Shown here: positions 13,801-27,039 of the stretch, one piece after another
How the letters are laid out: every line of letters begins with the position of its first letter
Numbering within the stretch: the stretch's first letter is position 1
NCBI GenBank assembly: GCA_030141605.1
Contig: JAQGDQ010000019.1
Location: 1,259,909 to 1,323,908, forward strand
Origin: Tubiluchus corallicola
Taxonomy: Eukaryota > Animalia > Priapulida
Reading direction: 5' to 3'
DNA length: 64,000 nucleotides
Position numbers and translations under genes: made by a program
The notes under the pieces: generated by a model
What the model saw: only the letters and a program-made list of their open reading frames with translations
The model's database searches: none
What the model was told of the DNA's origin: nothing

Positions 13801-14329
13801 CTGTCTTGTCAGTTACATTTATGTCAACAGTCAATATGATACCTATTGCCAGTGTTGTTAGCAATCATGCAAAAATTAATTGCTGATCATTGATTATCAA
13901 TTTTCAGAGCTGGCTGCGATCAGGATCATGATCGCGATTAAATAATTTAATATGTTACATACATAAATTCACAAATTAAAGCAAACCATATTTTTGTTTA
14001 TTTTTATGTTTTGTTTATAATTGTGTTGTCATGAAGCCATGTTTGAGTTGGGTGCCTTTATTCTTGGTACAGTAACTTCAGCCTGCACTGTTATAATAGC
14101 GATAGATTTTCCCATTGTGATCCTGACAGTAAGTAATAAATGCATGTTTGGCAATTAAAATAAAATATTATGGAAAACATTCAGAGTCAGATTTCTGAAA
14201 ATCTCTTTAAAGCTTGGAAAGAAATGATTGCAATCATTTGAGCGATTACACAATTTGATCGCAATACTCATTACTGATTGTGCAATAATGTTTGCGATCC
14301 TTCCTATTGCTGACCTTCGTTTTTTACAG

Positions 14330-16528
14330 GATACTGATGATACTTTACTAAGATGTGAAACAGATGAAGCTGAATCCTTACGAATAACTGTTGGTAATGA
14401 GCTATATAAAGATAACTTAAGGAAAACATCTGCACTGGAACGCTTAGGACCTCCAATTAACACACATGCAGAAAGTGACAGTTATCGAAACAGCAGAGTA
14501 AAGCGTACAGCTGGGAGTTTTGAGGGTTCTGAAGTTGAATATACAGAAGCAGGTGCTCATCTCCAAAGGCCTCAAAGCATGGAGACATTTATAAAAGAAT
14601 TTTTTCCTAAGTTTAGAAGCTTGGGTAAAAGTAATGAAAGGCAAAGATCGAGTGACAGATTTTCTGATGCTGCGAAGGAACTTTCTATTGAAAAGAGAAG
14701 GCAGCATCTTGACAGTGATCGTAGCCGCTCCAGAGATTTAAATGCTTATGAATGCAAATTACGTCACAGAGAGAGAAGTAACTCTGGAAAACGGTATCGT
14801 TCTCATAGTAGAGAAAGACATTATGGTAAGAGACGTCGATATTCACGCTCCCGTAGCCGATCAGCGGATTATCACAGAAAATACCACAGGACTGGTCGTG
14901 CACGTGAACTTATTGCAAGCTATAGTCCTGTGTCCTCGACTAAGTCGTCATCCTCATCAGGAAGTAGTTCAAGCCATAGTTCTAGATCAAGTCAATCTAG
15001 GCATAGATCTAGATCAGCTTCTAGATCTAGGCATGGATCTAAATCAGCATCTAGATCTAGATCAAGAAGTGCTGCAAGAGAGACTAAGCAGGAACCAAAG
15101 AGTATTTTGAAGAAAAAGAATTTGCAAATTCCACTTGAAGAGCCAAGTGTTCCAGGCATACATGTTGTTGATTATAGTCATGGACAACCAACAGAGACTC
15201 AATCACTAACAGTTGTGGATGTTTTGAAGAGTACTAGTGCTTATCCGCTTCCACAAGATATAGAAGATGAAGAAACATTTCTGTATGGTAATGATGATCC
15301 TAAAGTTTTTAATGAAACTTCTGGTACAAGTTCTTTAGTGCATCAGATACCTACAATTGATAAACATTTGATCAACCGTGAGTTTAGTTCAAGTCAGTTT
15401 GGCTCTTCTGGCAACCAACAAGCTGTGTCTTCTTCAACCAGTGTATTACCTGCACTTCAGCCTGGTTTCTCAACTAGCAAGTCTACAGCTTATGCCCATT
15501 CACTTCCATTCAGACCACTACAGCATCATTCTGAACAAGGATGTACACAGAATGCTGCTGCACCACCAGAACCTCACTATGAGCCTGTAAGTCGTGAAAC
15601 TCAACCAAGTAAATCAGTCTTACGAAACAAGCCAAAAACATCAGAAGGGAGTAACAGCAATGTATTGCAAGACATTCTTCAGTCAATAGGTTTTAACTTT
15701 GACAAATCACTTGAAACTCAAACAAGGTCTCAACAGCAAGACTCTGCTGATTTTAATCAGTCAGGATCTTTTCTTCTAGGTGGCATTGATGCTATTATCA
15801 AGGATGCTAGAAAAACTGCTGAAGAAGCAAGAATGCGTCAAGGGCAAAATTCACCAGCAGCAAAGCTGGAGAACATGTTTCCTTTTTCACAAAGTAATAT
15901 ACCTACAGGCCAAGATATGCCTTTGAGTTCAACTTATGAACCAAGCATACAACGGACAAGCTTGGATAATCCTACGAGTGCATTAATACCTATAAATACA
16001 CTAGACCAAAGCACTAGTCAGTATAGCAAAGCTTATGCAGACCACAGATGTGATTTTTCTGAACGAAATGTTTATGAATCTGTCCACCATCATTACCAAG
16101 CAACTGAAGAGAAGCATTTTCCCCACTTTGATTCACAAAAAGGTGATAAAAGGTCACATGTAAATGAAGAGCTTAAAAGCAAAGTAAGGTTAAACGAGCA
16201 AAGTGCTACAAGCTCAGAATTGCAAAATGAACTGTTTGCAGCTGAGAAGAGCAAACTTAATAAAAAAAGAGCCAACTACATTAAACAGTTTCGTAGTTTG
16301 GAATCAGAGTTGATGTATTTGCGTAAACATCAAGGAGAACTAATGCGTAGAGCTCGCAAAAATAAGGATGGCCACAAAGACCCTATGATAGTGGAAAGTT
16401 CACGACTCATCAGAGAGATTGTTAAGCAAATGGACATATTAAAAAAAAACGTGGAAGAAAATGGAAGGCTACTTAATTTACAGGACCCATTGAGTGATTT
16501 GACTGAAACCTCGAAAGAGGAAAATTTG
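14330..16528 (+). CDS. ZNF318: ZNF318-like gene A, coding exon 2 (RS region, DIEDEETFLYG motif, ILQSIGF motif, coiled coil)
   Basis: Acceptor TTTTTTACAG and donor TTG/GTATGT enclose 733 open codons. Motifs EPKSILKK, IEDEETFLYG and LRKHQGELMRRARKNKDGHKDP match recalled ZNF318 conserved blocks. Confidence 0.9.
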
Positions 16529-17318
16529 GTATGTAAATAAGTTATTTTTACTAAAACCGCACCCATACATTTTTGATTAACGTTAATTGCTTCTGATAAA
16601 ACATTCTAAGGTGTTTCAGATGTAACGACAATTCTGAGAAATACAATTGTTTAAAGTAGACATTTTAGAAATACATTTACCGCATTTTTTCCCGCAAAAC
16701 CATGCTAAAACAGCTTGCATGTTGTACACTGACTGTAGTGGCCTAATGTAGGAATTTGCATTTTTGCCACATGCAAAAGTAATTTTTGAAACAAAGCTAA
16801 GTATTGCACTTGCCAATGATCTTCTGAATCCTGCAGCCATTTTTGTTAGTACAAGTACATGCATGAGGCTTGAGTAACAGCACTAGTAGTGGAGGAGCAT
16901 CTGCAAGCTGCTGTACAATAAGGCATTCACTGTTTATATGGGAATCAAAAACCAGGTTGATAGAAATCATCACACACATATATTACTAAACTCTTTTATT
17001 ACAGTAAGCAGAAAATGGCTGTAAGCATACTAAGCGTATGTCCTGCATCTTATGTTGTGGTGCATCTTATATTGCAAAAATACAGTTTTGCTTGAAGCAA
17101 AAGACTTCAGCAGTTATAATTATATGAAATAAATTTTAGAGAAGAATCAACCTTCTAGTCATCTACTGTATAGGTCATATGTTAAAGTAATAGTAAATTG
17201 GTAGTAATGGTAAAATTTGAGCATTTTCATGCAAACTAAAGACTTCCTCTTTATTTTGTAAGAAAATGTGTTGCATGATGTCAACTTTGCTGGTAACTAT
17301 AAGTTTTGGCTTTTACAG

Positions 17319-18194
17319 GTAAAAGCAAAAAATGAGAAAAAACAAGAGTTTGAAGCAGCAGAGTCATGTCCGACTGACATGCAAGATGAAAACCTGTATC
17401 AAAGAAGAGAACAGGTGGCGCTGTCTCAAACAAGGCCAAGAATTGTTCATAGTCCTCTAGTTGAAAATAGAGATGTGGTCGACAAAACTGAAAAGAAACA
17501 CGAGTCAGTGGTTGAAGTACCGCAACCAATACACAGAATTGTACGTGGGTTTATAGATACAAAAGGACTGCCAGTACAAGCCCAAGGATACTGTACTTCA
17601 ATACAGAAAATGCGCCCTGATGAGAGATTTAGCCTGCAGTCTAAAGAAGGCATGTCTAAATATAAATACAAGTGCGAATCGACCAGTGACGAAACAAAAC
17701 CACAAATGAAACATGAACAAGGCTTGGTGGAAGCAAAACAACCACTGCAAAAATATATGCAAGCTTTTTATAACGAGGAGACAAATTTAGCTGAAGAATC
17801 ACGATCGAAAAAGGACTATATACGTGAGTCATCTACGGAAAAAGCATCAGAAGGAAAAAAATATGCAACTCAATCACCAGCTGATGAATCAAATTTCAGA
17901 AAGAGATACAAGCAGGAAGCATGCAAACGTGTATATGTATCCCCAAAACGTGACCAACCAGTGGACACATTGAATATATGCTATAAGCAGTCAGATGTGG
18001 AAGGAAAGCATCTGATGTATACTAGTTCTCATACAGAACAAAAAGCTGATAGAGACCGCGAAAAGTCAGTGAAGTCTATTACTACCCAAAGAGAATATTT
18101 TGATACTGAAGATCACTGGTGTAAAAGCTGCAATTGTGTGTTAAAGACATATAATGACTTACTAAATCATCTACATAACAGGCAACATTTTGGG
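17319..18194 (+). CDS. ZNF318: ZNF318-like gene A, coding exon 3 (matrin/U1-type zinc finger 1)
   Basis: Acceptor CTTTTACAG, donor GGG/GTATGC. Ends EYFDTEDHWCKSCNCVLKTYNDLLNHLHNRQHFG (C-x2-C-x12-H-x5-H). Confidence 0.9.
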
Positions 18195-18376
18195 GTATGC
18201 TTTTTTGCAACATTTTTTGGTTGTTATTTATAGTCTTAAGGTCTATAGTGCACCCATTTTTCGACAACATATAAACATTGATATAGTGATAGTAGATAAA
18301 CATGCAGGCTAATAAATATGAAATGTAATTGTGTTCTAAATGCAAATTTTTAATGGTAACATGTCTTTTATTTCAG

Positions 18377-18470
18377 AACATGGACAAGCATGACATACCT
18401 TGGCAGTCTGAAAGAGTAAAAAATCCACCTAAAAGAGACAATAGTATGAAGCTTCTGTTGCCGTTTAAAG
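18377..18470 (+). CDS. ZNF318: ZNF318-like gene A, coding exon 4 (inter-finger linker; absent from ORF track)
   Basis: TTTATTTCAG acceptor and AAG/GTAAGT donor, phase 0 to 1. Reads NMDKHDIPWQSERVKNPPKRDNSMKLLLPFKG, matching the recalled ZNF318 linker D..PW...P.KG. Confidence 0.88.
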
Positions 18471-20603
18471 GTAAGTTGACTTAAACTGCTTTGTTTGCTC
18501 TTAAAGCATGGGCTGAGAGATTATTCTTTATGGATCGTTCTTTTGAACTTATTATATATAGATTTATCTCATATTAATTATAAGTATCAGTGGTAAAAAC
18601 CTGAGAGGTGGTTGCAGAAACGAACATTGCAGTTTAGTCAAGTATGAATCATTAAAGTAAGAAGAGATGTTAAAGATAAATCAAAATGAATTATTTTTGT
18701 GGATTTCCGAGGTGTAGCCAAGTAAGGGTAGATGTGCACCAAGCAGTTTTCAGAAAGTGGCTTTTGACCCATGGGTCATTTGTTGAAAAGTTACCATTTC
18801 ATTGTGAAGTGCAGTTCCTAGGTAATCACGCAACACAAATTCCATAAAATCAAAATTATAACTTTCACACAAAAGATTTTGAGACTAATTCCAAACCTAT
18901 TGTTTTCAAAATCTTCAGTTTCTGATCATGCCAGAACTAATTTAATTTATAACTTTTATCATCTGCAATTTTTCGTTTTTTCATCATTTAAACTTTATCA
19001 TTAATATGAGCTTTCATCTGTGAAATGCATTAAAATTAAGTGATACTGGCAGCAGGCATACTTTAATAATGTCTTTTAATCATCAATACAGGTCTTGCGA
19101 AACGTAGTCATTTTTATCAAAGTGATACTTTATGTTGATATTAACATGTGCTGCTTGAAATTTGTCCTGTTTTTTGTTTTTGCTTAGGCACATGTACATC
19201 TCCATAAGCTTTGTTACTTGTTTTCTTTTGGCAAAATTAAAATCAAACTAAGAGTATTAAGACAGTTAATGTTTCTTGTTAAAAGGATACTACTTATCCT
19301 AGTGTGACAAAGAATGACAAATGCCATAAATATGTGAACGTTCTAACTAAGATTAACTGATTAGTTATCGTTACTTTTAAGACTTTTTCATAAGTAAAGT
19401 GGGCAAGAAAGTTATGATCAGTTTTGGGATAGATGTTTACGGGCACTCTCTAAAGCAGTTTTGAAAACCTAGTGCTCTGTTGCTATGCATATCCGTAATT
19501 TGAAAGTATACGACTATTGTTCTGAAGGTGTTTGGTAAACTGGGATTATTATAATTAACACTGCACTGTCTAGGTGTCAGTTGTATGAAAACATTCATAT
19601 TTTAAACTACTAAAACCTCATTCTGACAATAGTTCTTTTTACTGTTTTAAGCCATAGGTCAAAAATATATCAAGTGTAAAACTGATTTTGATACTTGTAA
19701 AACATAACAAGCGCTTTCACCTTTACCTTGAATAATTTGCAAGATCAGAAATGAAAAATGAGCAGTTATATCAGAAAAAGATTAAAAAAAATAGAATTTA
19801 ATAATAAAAATCACAGCTGGGGAAATTATAAAATTTTTTGCAAAAAGAAAATACAGCTTTTATTCTTTTCGGGCATAAAATTTGGTTGTTTGCTTTATAT
19901 TCATGCAGAAGTGATAAGTATTATAAAAATCAAAGTATTACTTAACCATGAACATCTAGTGAAATTTTTCCAGGGAAATGCCGTTTGAATGCCAGACTGT
20001 AATCACACATAATGATTTTCGAAATTAATTTTGTAGTTTATAGTTATTTATAATAAATGCGTACCAGTACATATTCACTATAACCTTTTCAGCAATTTTG
20101 CCACGATATATTTGCAATCTGTTGTAATAATAAAGACAACGTATTTTTAATCTGTTGAGTATTATTGCCCATTTGCACTAACTTTAGTGCTTTCACAGGC
20201 TTGGTAATGACGGTGCGTCTAAACAGCATTAAATGAGCTTCTGGCTATGAAACTTGCTGCACAAATTTAAATAAAAGGAAAGAGCTTTCTTTTAACAGGT
20301 GCTTTGTTGGTGTGAAAATGCAAGAGAATTATAACATACGGATCATATATGTTAAATACCAAACGTTTTTCACCTTTCTAAGAACCTTTCTTTGCTTTGT
20401 AAGATTTTAAGGCAATTCTGAGGGACTCGGTTTATGAGTAAATTAATTGCTTTAGTTAAAGTCATGCAAAAAGATAAAAAATCTGCCTTTATATGTGCAT
20501 TAGGTCAAACTGATTTGTTTTATGTATCAGTGCAACCTATATCTGGTTGTTGGGCTCACAAAATATAAAGAATATGATGAATTTTTGCGACAATTTTTGA
20601 CAG

Positions 20604-20722
20604 GGGCAGAATTTCTTATGCCGATTAATGGTTTTTACTGTCGCTTGTGTAAGACATTTTTGGGCGACAACCCTTGCGCGGAAGATCATATTAAATCTCA
20701 AGAGCACAATAATATGTATGAG
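20604..20722 (+). CDS. ZNF318: ZNF318-like gene A, coding exon 5 (zinc finger 2)
   Basis: TTTTTGACAG acceptor and GAG/GTAAGT donor, phase 1 to 0. Reads GAEFLMPINGFYCRLCKTFLGDNPCAEDHIKSQEHNNMYE. Confidence 0.92.
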
Positions 20723-21053
20723 GTAAGTTCAAAAGTGAAATTTTCTTGAATTGTTTTTGCTGCGTTTTTTCTATGCTAGTTTATTTTTGCTTATTTTTGG
20801 CTACGTTTTTCTACAAATCATTCACAGATAGGTAAACATTTTTTTAAATAAGAAATTTTTTTATTTATGCTAAAAATAAAGGTAATGAAATCTCTGTGCT
20901 ACTATCTCATTCTCGATTTAACTGATAGTGTAAGATAACAAGCAAAAGCTAAAAACTTACAAACGTGAAACAACCAAACACTTGTATATATTCTCGTGTG
21001 TGCGCAAATGTTTCCAAACAAGGGTGGTATTAAAAATGTGTGGCCTTTTTCAG

Positions 21054-22937
21054 AAATATGCACATGAAAACCCGTATTATGAGAAGAGATATGAGTTGGA
21101 AAAAGCGACTGGCATGGCTGAGTTTCAGGCTGCCAAACAGAAACAAGAAGAGACATCCTTAAAGTTATATGAACAGCAGAAAAAAGTTAAAGAAACACAA
21201 TCAGTAGTTGAAAGGGTTAGAAAAGTTTCAAAATCATTAGATGATAATAGTGATGATGATGCTGATGATGATAGCAATGTGAAAAGTCTTGAAAAGTCTG
21301 AAGAATCAAAGGTACATTCTATAACAAAACCAAATACAGAAGCTCGAAGATTAGCAAACAAAAGTAAAACTGTGGGTCGAAAAGAAAGATTTGATTATGC
21401 AACAGGAATCAGAATCACATTAAACAAAAAAGATGAACGAAAACTGCAACTTTCCGCATTGCCACAAGATGTGTCATCTTCTGAATCGGAAAGTGATTTT
21501 CAACCAAAAGTAAGAAAAATATATCGTAATAGAAGCAATAGAAGTCCAGAAAGTAGTAAAAGCATGGAACGTAGCAGAAGCAGAGAATACAGTAGAAGCA
21601 GAAAGCACAGCAGATGCAGAGAACACAGCAGATCCAGTGATTATAGCAGTAGTGAACGCAACAAGAGACATCACAGCAGAAGTGCAGAACGTTACAAAAG
21701 CAAGGAACGTAGCATAAGTAGGGAATCTAGAGACTCTAATGCATGTAAAGACCATGTTGCATTCAAGACCAAAATTGAGCAGGGCAGTAAGCAAAGTTCA
21801 ACATTGAACGAATATACAAGACAAGTTGAAAACGATCCTAGTGGATATAGACAGCGCGAACGTGAACGGCGAAAGGCAGAAGAAAAGCAAAAAATCGAAC
21901 AATGCAAAGAAGATGAAAAGCATAAAGGTGATGTGCCAAAAAAGCAAGACGGAAGAATATCTATCAAGTTCATAACAGGGAAAATGAGAGCCAAAAGGCT
22001 TCCTCAGGCTCAGAAAATGGCAGCAAGTGTTGCTGCTTCAAGCTCTGTACCAACCTACCCAAGAAACACTTTAAAATCCACAGAAACTAAGCCCACTGTT
22101 GATAAATTTCTTTCACTAAATAAGCCAAATGAAACTCAAGGACTGCCGTTACACAAAGATTCAATGTTGCATTCACCCATTAAGTCAGTCAATCAGAATG
22201 CCAGTAAATTGTTAACAAGTACTGCTGGTGCTAGTCCGGTATCTCCTTATGAAAGGAAAGCACATTTACCCACTCCTCATCCCTTGGATAGGTTTCAGTC
22301 TGAAAGCCACTACAAGGTTACAACAACTTTTGCATCAGCAACGCATGTGTCACAGTTTCCCAGGAACACTTTGTATCCCAAAGGTAACTCAGTTCAAAAT
22401 ACATCTTTGTCTCTCAACCAATCAGCTAAAATTCCGTCACCATCTGTAATTGAAAAAGAACCGGTACTTCACCTTCCAAAATTTCAGATTAAAGGAATTG
22501 AACAAGAAATCTTCAAGCCCAATACTACCCAGAGTATTTCCCTACCACTTGAACCGCCACCACCTGGTACAATGCCAGTTAGTGTGCCACCAAAAGACCC
22601 GCAACAACAACTCGATGATTTGTCTGTACAAATTTGTGCTCCCGTTGAATCAAGTGGCTTTTACTGTCGAATGAAGCCCAATAGCAGCTTACAAGAACCT
22701 GAACAAACAATTTCAAGTTCATTAGCAAAAGCTGAGCAAAAGAAACAACGATTCAGTAAGAAAGAAGCTTATGAAGAGCCATTGCCACCTGGCTTAGATC
22801 TGGAAGACGGTGAACCACCCCCACCTGGTACCGAACTATTAAGCGGGCAAGAGATTTTGGCTAGCGATGAGATTGAGCATCCTGAAATTGATGGTAATGA
22901 TTATTTTCTTGATCATATAATCACTAAACAGAGCTGA
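21054..22937 (+). CDS. ZNF318: ZNF318-like gene A, coding exon 6 (KYAHENPYYEKR, RS repeats, Pro-rich tail)
   Basis: CCTTTTTCAG acceptor, phase 0. KYAHENPYYEKRYELEKATG continues the conserved post-finger block. Open to TGA at 22937, or spliced at 22893 to a final small exon. Confidence 0.88.
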   Translation, partial: KYAHENPYYEKRYELEKATGMAEFQAAKQKQEETSLKLYEQQKKVKETQSVVERVRKVSKSLDDNSDDDADDDSNVKSLEKSEESKVHSITKPNTEARRLANKSKTVGRKERFDYATGIRITLNKKDERKLQLSALPQDVSSSESESDFQPKVRKIYRNRSNRSPESSKSMERSRSREYSRSRKHSRCREHSRSSDYSSSERNKRHHSRSAERYKSKERSISRESRDSNACKDHVAFKTKIEQGSKQSSTLNEYTRQVENDPSGYRQRERERRKAEEKQKIEQCKEDEKHKGDVPKKQDGRISIKFITGKMRAKRLPQAQKMAASVAASSSVPTYPRNTLKSTETKPTVDKFLSLNKPNETQGLPLHKDSMLHSPIKSVNQNASKLLTSTAGASPVSPYERKAHLPTPHPLDRFQSESHYKVTTTFASATHVSQFPRNTLYPKGNSVQNTSLSLNQSAKIPSPSVIEKEPVLHLPKFQIKGIEQEIFKPNTTQSISLPLEPPPPGTMPVSVPPKDPQQQLDDLSVQICAPVESSGFYCRMKPNSSLQEPEQTISSSLAKAEQKKQRFSKKEAYEEPLPPGLDLEDGEPPPPGTELLSGQEILASDEIEHPEIDGNDYFLDHIITKQS

Positions 22938-23159
22938 TTTTTATGTTGTTTGATCACTTTAGTTAATTTGCATTGCATGAGTCATTATTGCATTTAATAG
23001 ATCAGATTATTACCAGTAGACTCTTTAACTAATCTTGTACCACAGTGGATAACTGGTCCAAATTTCTTAGTGAATCATGTAGTATTTTTAGCAGTAAGAA
23101 AATGGTAGAAATTTTGAAATGAAATTGGCACCTTGGGTTTAATCATTATACTTTTTTAG

Positions 23160-23221
23160 ATGTTGAAAGTGAAGGAAGTGGGATAAGCATGTACATGGGA
23201 AGTGATACAGAAGAAACTTAG
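23160..23221 (+). CDS. ZNF318: ZNF318-like gene A, candidate terminal exon 7 (DVESEGSGISMYMGSDTEET*)
   Basis: Donor GATG/GTAATG after 22893 (phase 1) and acceptor CTTTTTTAG ending 23159 join in frame, ending in TAG at 23221. Confidence 0.5.
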
Positions 23222-24339
23222 GTAACACTGAATGTTGAACTTGACAGGAGGTTGCAGACTAGAATTATTGCATTACTAAGCAATAATTGCACTGTAGCTG
23301 TAAAAAACTATTTTCTGCAACATTATTTCATGGCAATTTCTTGTACATAATGTATTTGGTAAAGTAGAAAATTGTGTGTTTTCTTTTTGTGTTTTGGCTT
23401 TATACACTTAACATCACAACACCAAACACTGACAAAATGAGACTTCTGGCTATTGAGCAAAGCTGTTATTGTTACAGCTGTGATTCACCAATGCTAAATT
23501 TGTCAGAGTTGCTTTTGATCACTTTTACTTCAAGCTTTCTTCCACGTTTTTTGAATATAGACGTGTTTCACAATTGAAGAAACTACCTTGCCAAGGGGAT
23601 AAATTATGGCTTACCACAGCGATTTATGTAATATACTAATTAACTACTTGGCTGTAGTGTGTGATCCCGTGCAAAAAAGACTGTTAGACAACTCAATGCA
23701 TGTACCATGATCAGTATTTTGCTGCTATTTAATGAGCTGGGCAAATTTACATTTTTCAAGTATTAGTAACAGTAATTATTCTAATATGGTTTTACTAATG
23801 TGGTTTACTAATACTCTGGTATCAAAAATTTATTATAGTTTAAAGTTGGTTTCACCATTTAAGAGTCATGTGATTATTGAATAGTGTCACTTTGCAAAGA
23901 GTGATTAACATTTAACTTTCATATGAAGGTTCCAGATACCATATGATAGATACCCGATCAAAACAGTGCAGCTGAATGAGTTTAATTTACAGTTATTTGA
24001 TTTTGATTGTTAACATTTGCATGTTGTACATAGCTTAAACTTTATATTATAATTATCCAACATTTCATCTTCATAGATTTGTGTTTGTTTATGGGCATTC
24101 TAGTCGTAGTTTGGGAGCTAACTTACCTCAAAGGATTTGATTTTTGAGTTCATACTCTTTCCTGGGATTACATTGCTGGAAACCTAATCCTTTATTTAAA
24201 ATGGTGATTAAACATGCTTGAGTATTGAAACTTCATGTAAATCAAGTTTTATAGATTATATCATTAATTTTTTTATATTGTAAAACGATGATCGTGACCA
24301 TATGTCACATCTTCACTAGATTTGGCATACACGAGATTA

Positions 24340-24590
24340 TTAGATACCATGGCTGCAGCATTGTAATAATTGCATGGAGCACTGACCTTAAATTATGATA
24401 TGCGTGCAATGAGCTGCGAATTCTTTTTCAGTCTACTGGTTTGCGTAACATAAGTGTTTTATATATTATATACCATGGCTGCAGCATTGTAATAATTGCA
24501 AGGAGCACTGTCCTTAAATTATGATATGCGTGCAATGAGCTACGAATGCTTTTTCAGTCTACTGGTTTGCGTAACATAAGTGTTTTATTA
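24340..24590. repeat. 126-bp tandem duplication (2 copies, few mismatches)
   Basis: ATACCATGGCTGCAGCATTG...ACATAAGTGTTTTAT starts at 24344 and again at 24470. Confidence 0.9.
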
Positions 24591-27039
24591 TTATCTGCAG
24601 AGTTCTTATGTGTGAGGGTGTTTGCGTGTGTGGATTCCACTTTTATTTGCAGTGGTAGTAGGGTGTACCATTCACGTGATGTTTCTAGGAATTTTATTGT
24701 GGAATGGTGGTACTATATGGTGTCACCCATCTGGTGTATGTAGCAGCTGTTAACAATACTCCATTTCATTTCTGCATGTAAAATATTTTTAGATTCATCT
24801 TTACCTCGTTAACATGACAAAACGTCAAAATCATTAATTTGTTTAAAATTTGACTTCATATTATACATAATGTGAAGATATATATGTGTTGCTTCTGCCT
24901 TATTAATTTCATAAATTGGAACAAACTATTTAAGAAGCTTTACATCTAACTGCAGAGAAACTATATAAAATGAGTTGCGTTAACCTAACCACTGACAGTT
25001 TTGTCAAAGTTAATGCTTGGTATTTTTGTTTGGGTAGACTTTGGTTGTTGAATTATCAATGATGGGAAAATCGGTTTAGCTAGATGCTCTGTAAATATTG
25101 TTATTATAGCATTGCGGCAGGCAAGGGCGCAACTTATTTTAGCATTGCAGCCGGCAAGGGCACAACTATTGTCTGTGGTTAAACTTTGGATGAGTTTAAA
25201 AAATGATTTAGCCAAACTGCGCGTTTAGGTAATTCTTATTGCTAATTGAGTTTTTCGAATTAAAATTGTTCTAGGATTATTATAACAATTATATCCTGTA
25301 TATAATTATATTACAGGCAACAATCTTGCCCATTTTTTGTATTACAATATCATGTAGCTACTACTGTATCATGTGTTTTGATGAATACACAAACAATTTT
25401 TTTGTTGCTGTGAGTAATATGCAGTTGTCAAATATTATCTGCTTTCAGTATGACTTTACAAACTTACTGCATGCCTTGCATTCTTTGTGGCTGATTCTAC
25501 TGTTCATTTATCTCAAGGTTCTTTTTTCCAAACTTTTCCTTCATTATGTGTGATGGTTGAACAACGAAATGTCTTTCGTAATAGTGAAAATTAAGAGTGA
25601 TTGATATCAGTTGTCTGACAATTGCTTGCATGAGTCAGACAATATGATATCATACAATTGAACTGGATCGACAGGCATCAGAGCATGGAACAGAATGCTG
25701 ATACAATGATTAATCTACATTTATCTGCCTGTGCTTAAAGCAGTGCTGAAGGCATTTTTATGCGGCTTTATCTGAAATGTTTTTATGGTTATAATAATAG
25801 TACTGAAACAATTATTATAATTGCAAAAGTGCACGAAAATTGCTCAGTATCATGATAAAAATCAATACTTATTAATAATAATAATTTCTAACCTGGACTA
25901 AATATAGTTTTCATGAAATTTAACCATAAAGGTTAATTATTATCTTCAATCGCTGTATGTGCATTAACTCGGATAGTTATAGCTGGCAGCTCATTTGTAG
26001 GTCACACATTTAATTTGTGGCACACTATTCGTACAACCTAATGCGTCACCATAGTTTATACAGGTCTCGTGGTTTCTATACAGCTATACACTTCATTTTT
26101 ATATCCGATCATACTTTGCCTCCAGAACTGCTTTAAAGCAAATCAAACACCATTACAGGCAGAGTGTGAACAGAATATCAATGTTGGACAAATTTTTTTA
26201 GCTAAAATAAATTGCGTTTCGTTTTTACAAATTTATACATTCGATTCTTCAATAGTATTTATTTATATTTTTCTTTGCTCTTACCATGTTTGGTAAAATA
26301 ACACCAGTTTTTGTGACATAGAGCTTAAGTACCCTAGCATGAATTCAAACAGATCGAGGATGTCATTGTCTCTATCCTTGCCCTACGGGATATTTTACAT
26401 GTACAGTAGGCATGCCTGGTTGTCAAATTGATCAGAAAGTTATGATTAGAATTATATCATTTTTATATGCCTGTCTACTGTACAGGATAACATATTTTTT
26501 TATGATTAATCTATATCATTTAGTCTTTTAAGTTGCTAAAGCTAAAATTATGTAAAGTATCCAAAGAACTGTGTCATTAACTAATTGCAAATACTGTGTA
26601 GAATACTATGCTGTAAAAAGTTATAAAAAGTATGGTGTTAGGCTCGAACCCTCCCAAACCATAGAATCAAATTGAAGTTTTCTTTATCTAAGCAGTCGCT
26701 GCTTGAAAATTGCCAAAGTTGCTACTATACATGGATAAAATTTCGTTAAATGACTAGAAGCATTTGTTTCGTGTTTAAACATGGCACAAGTGACCAGTGA
26801 CCATGAGATCTAGATTCATTGAAGGCCAACTAAGTACTTTCACAAAAAAACGGAATTCGTTGAGCGCAATTAACAAACAGGCAACAATCTGGATCTGTAA
26901 GGCATAAACTACAAACTCCAATAACTTAATCTGATTTTGTCAGATTGCCAAATTTTATACTGAGGTGCTTCGCCTGGTCACATAATTTGTATTTGTGTTG
27001 CACTGCTCTTATGTATGGGAGAGGAGCATTGTGTTTTAC

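Noticed and set aside
14228-14329. N-terminal part of the 770-aa ORF (and likewise the starts at 17268, 20522, 20982, 52007 and 58682)
   Set aside because: These are in-frame intron or UTR sequence upstream of strong acceptors or the true ATG. The splice model explains the conserved parts.
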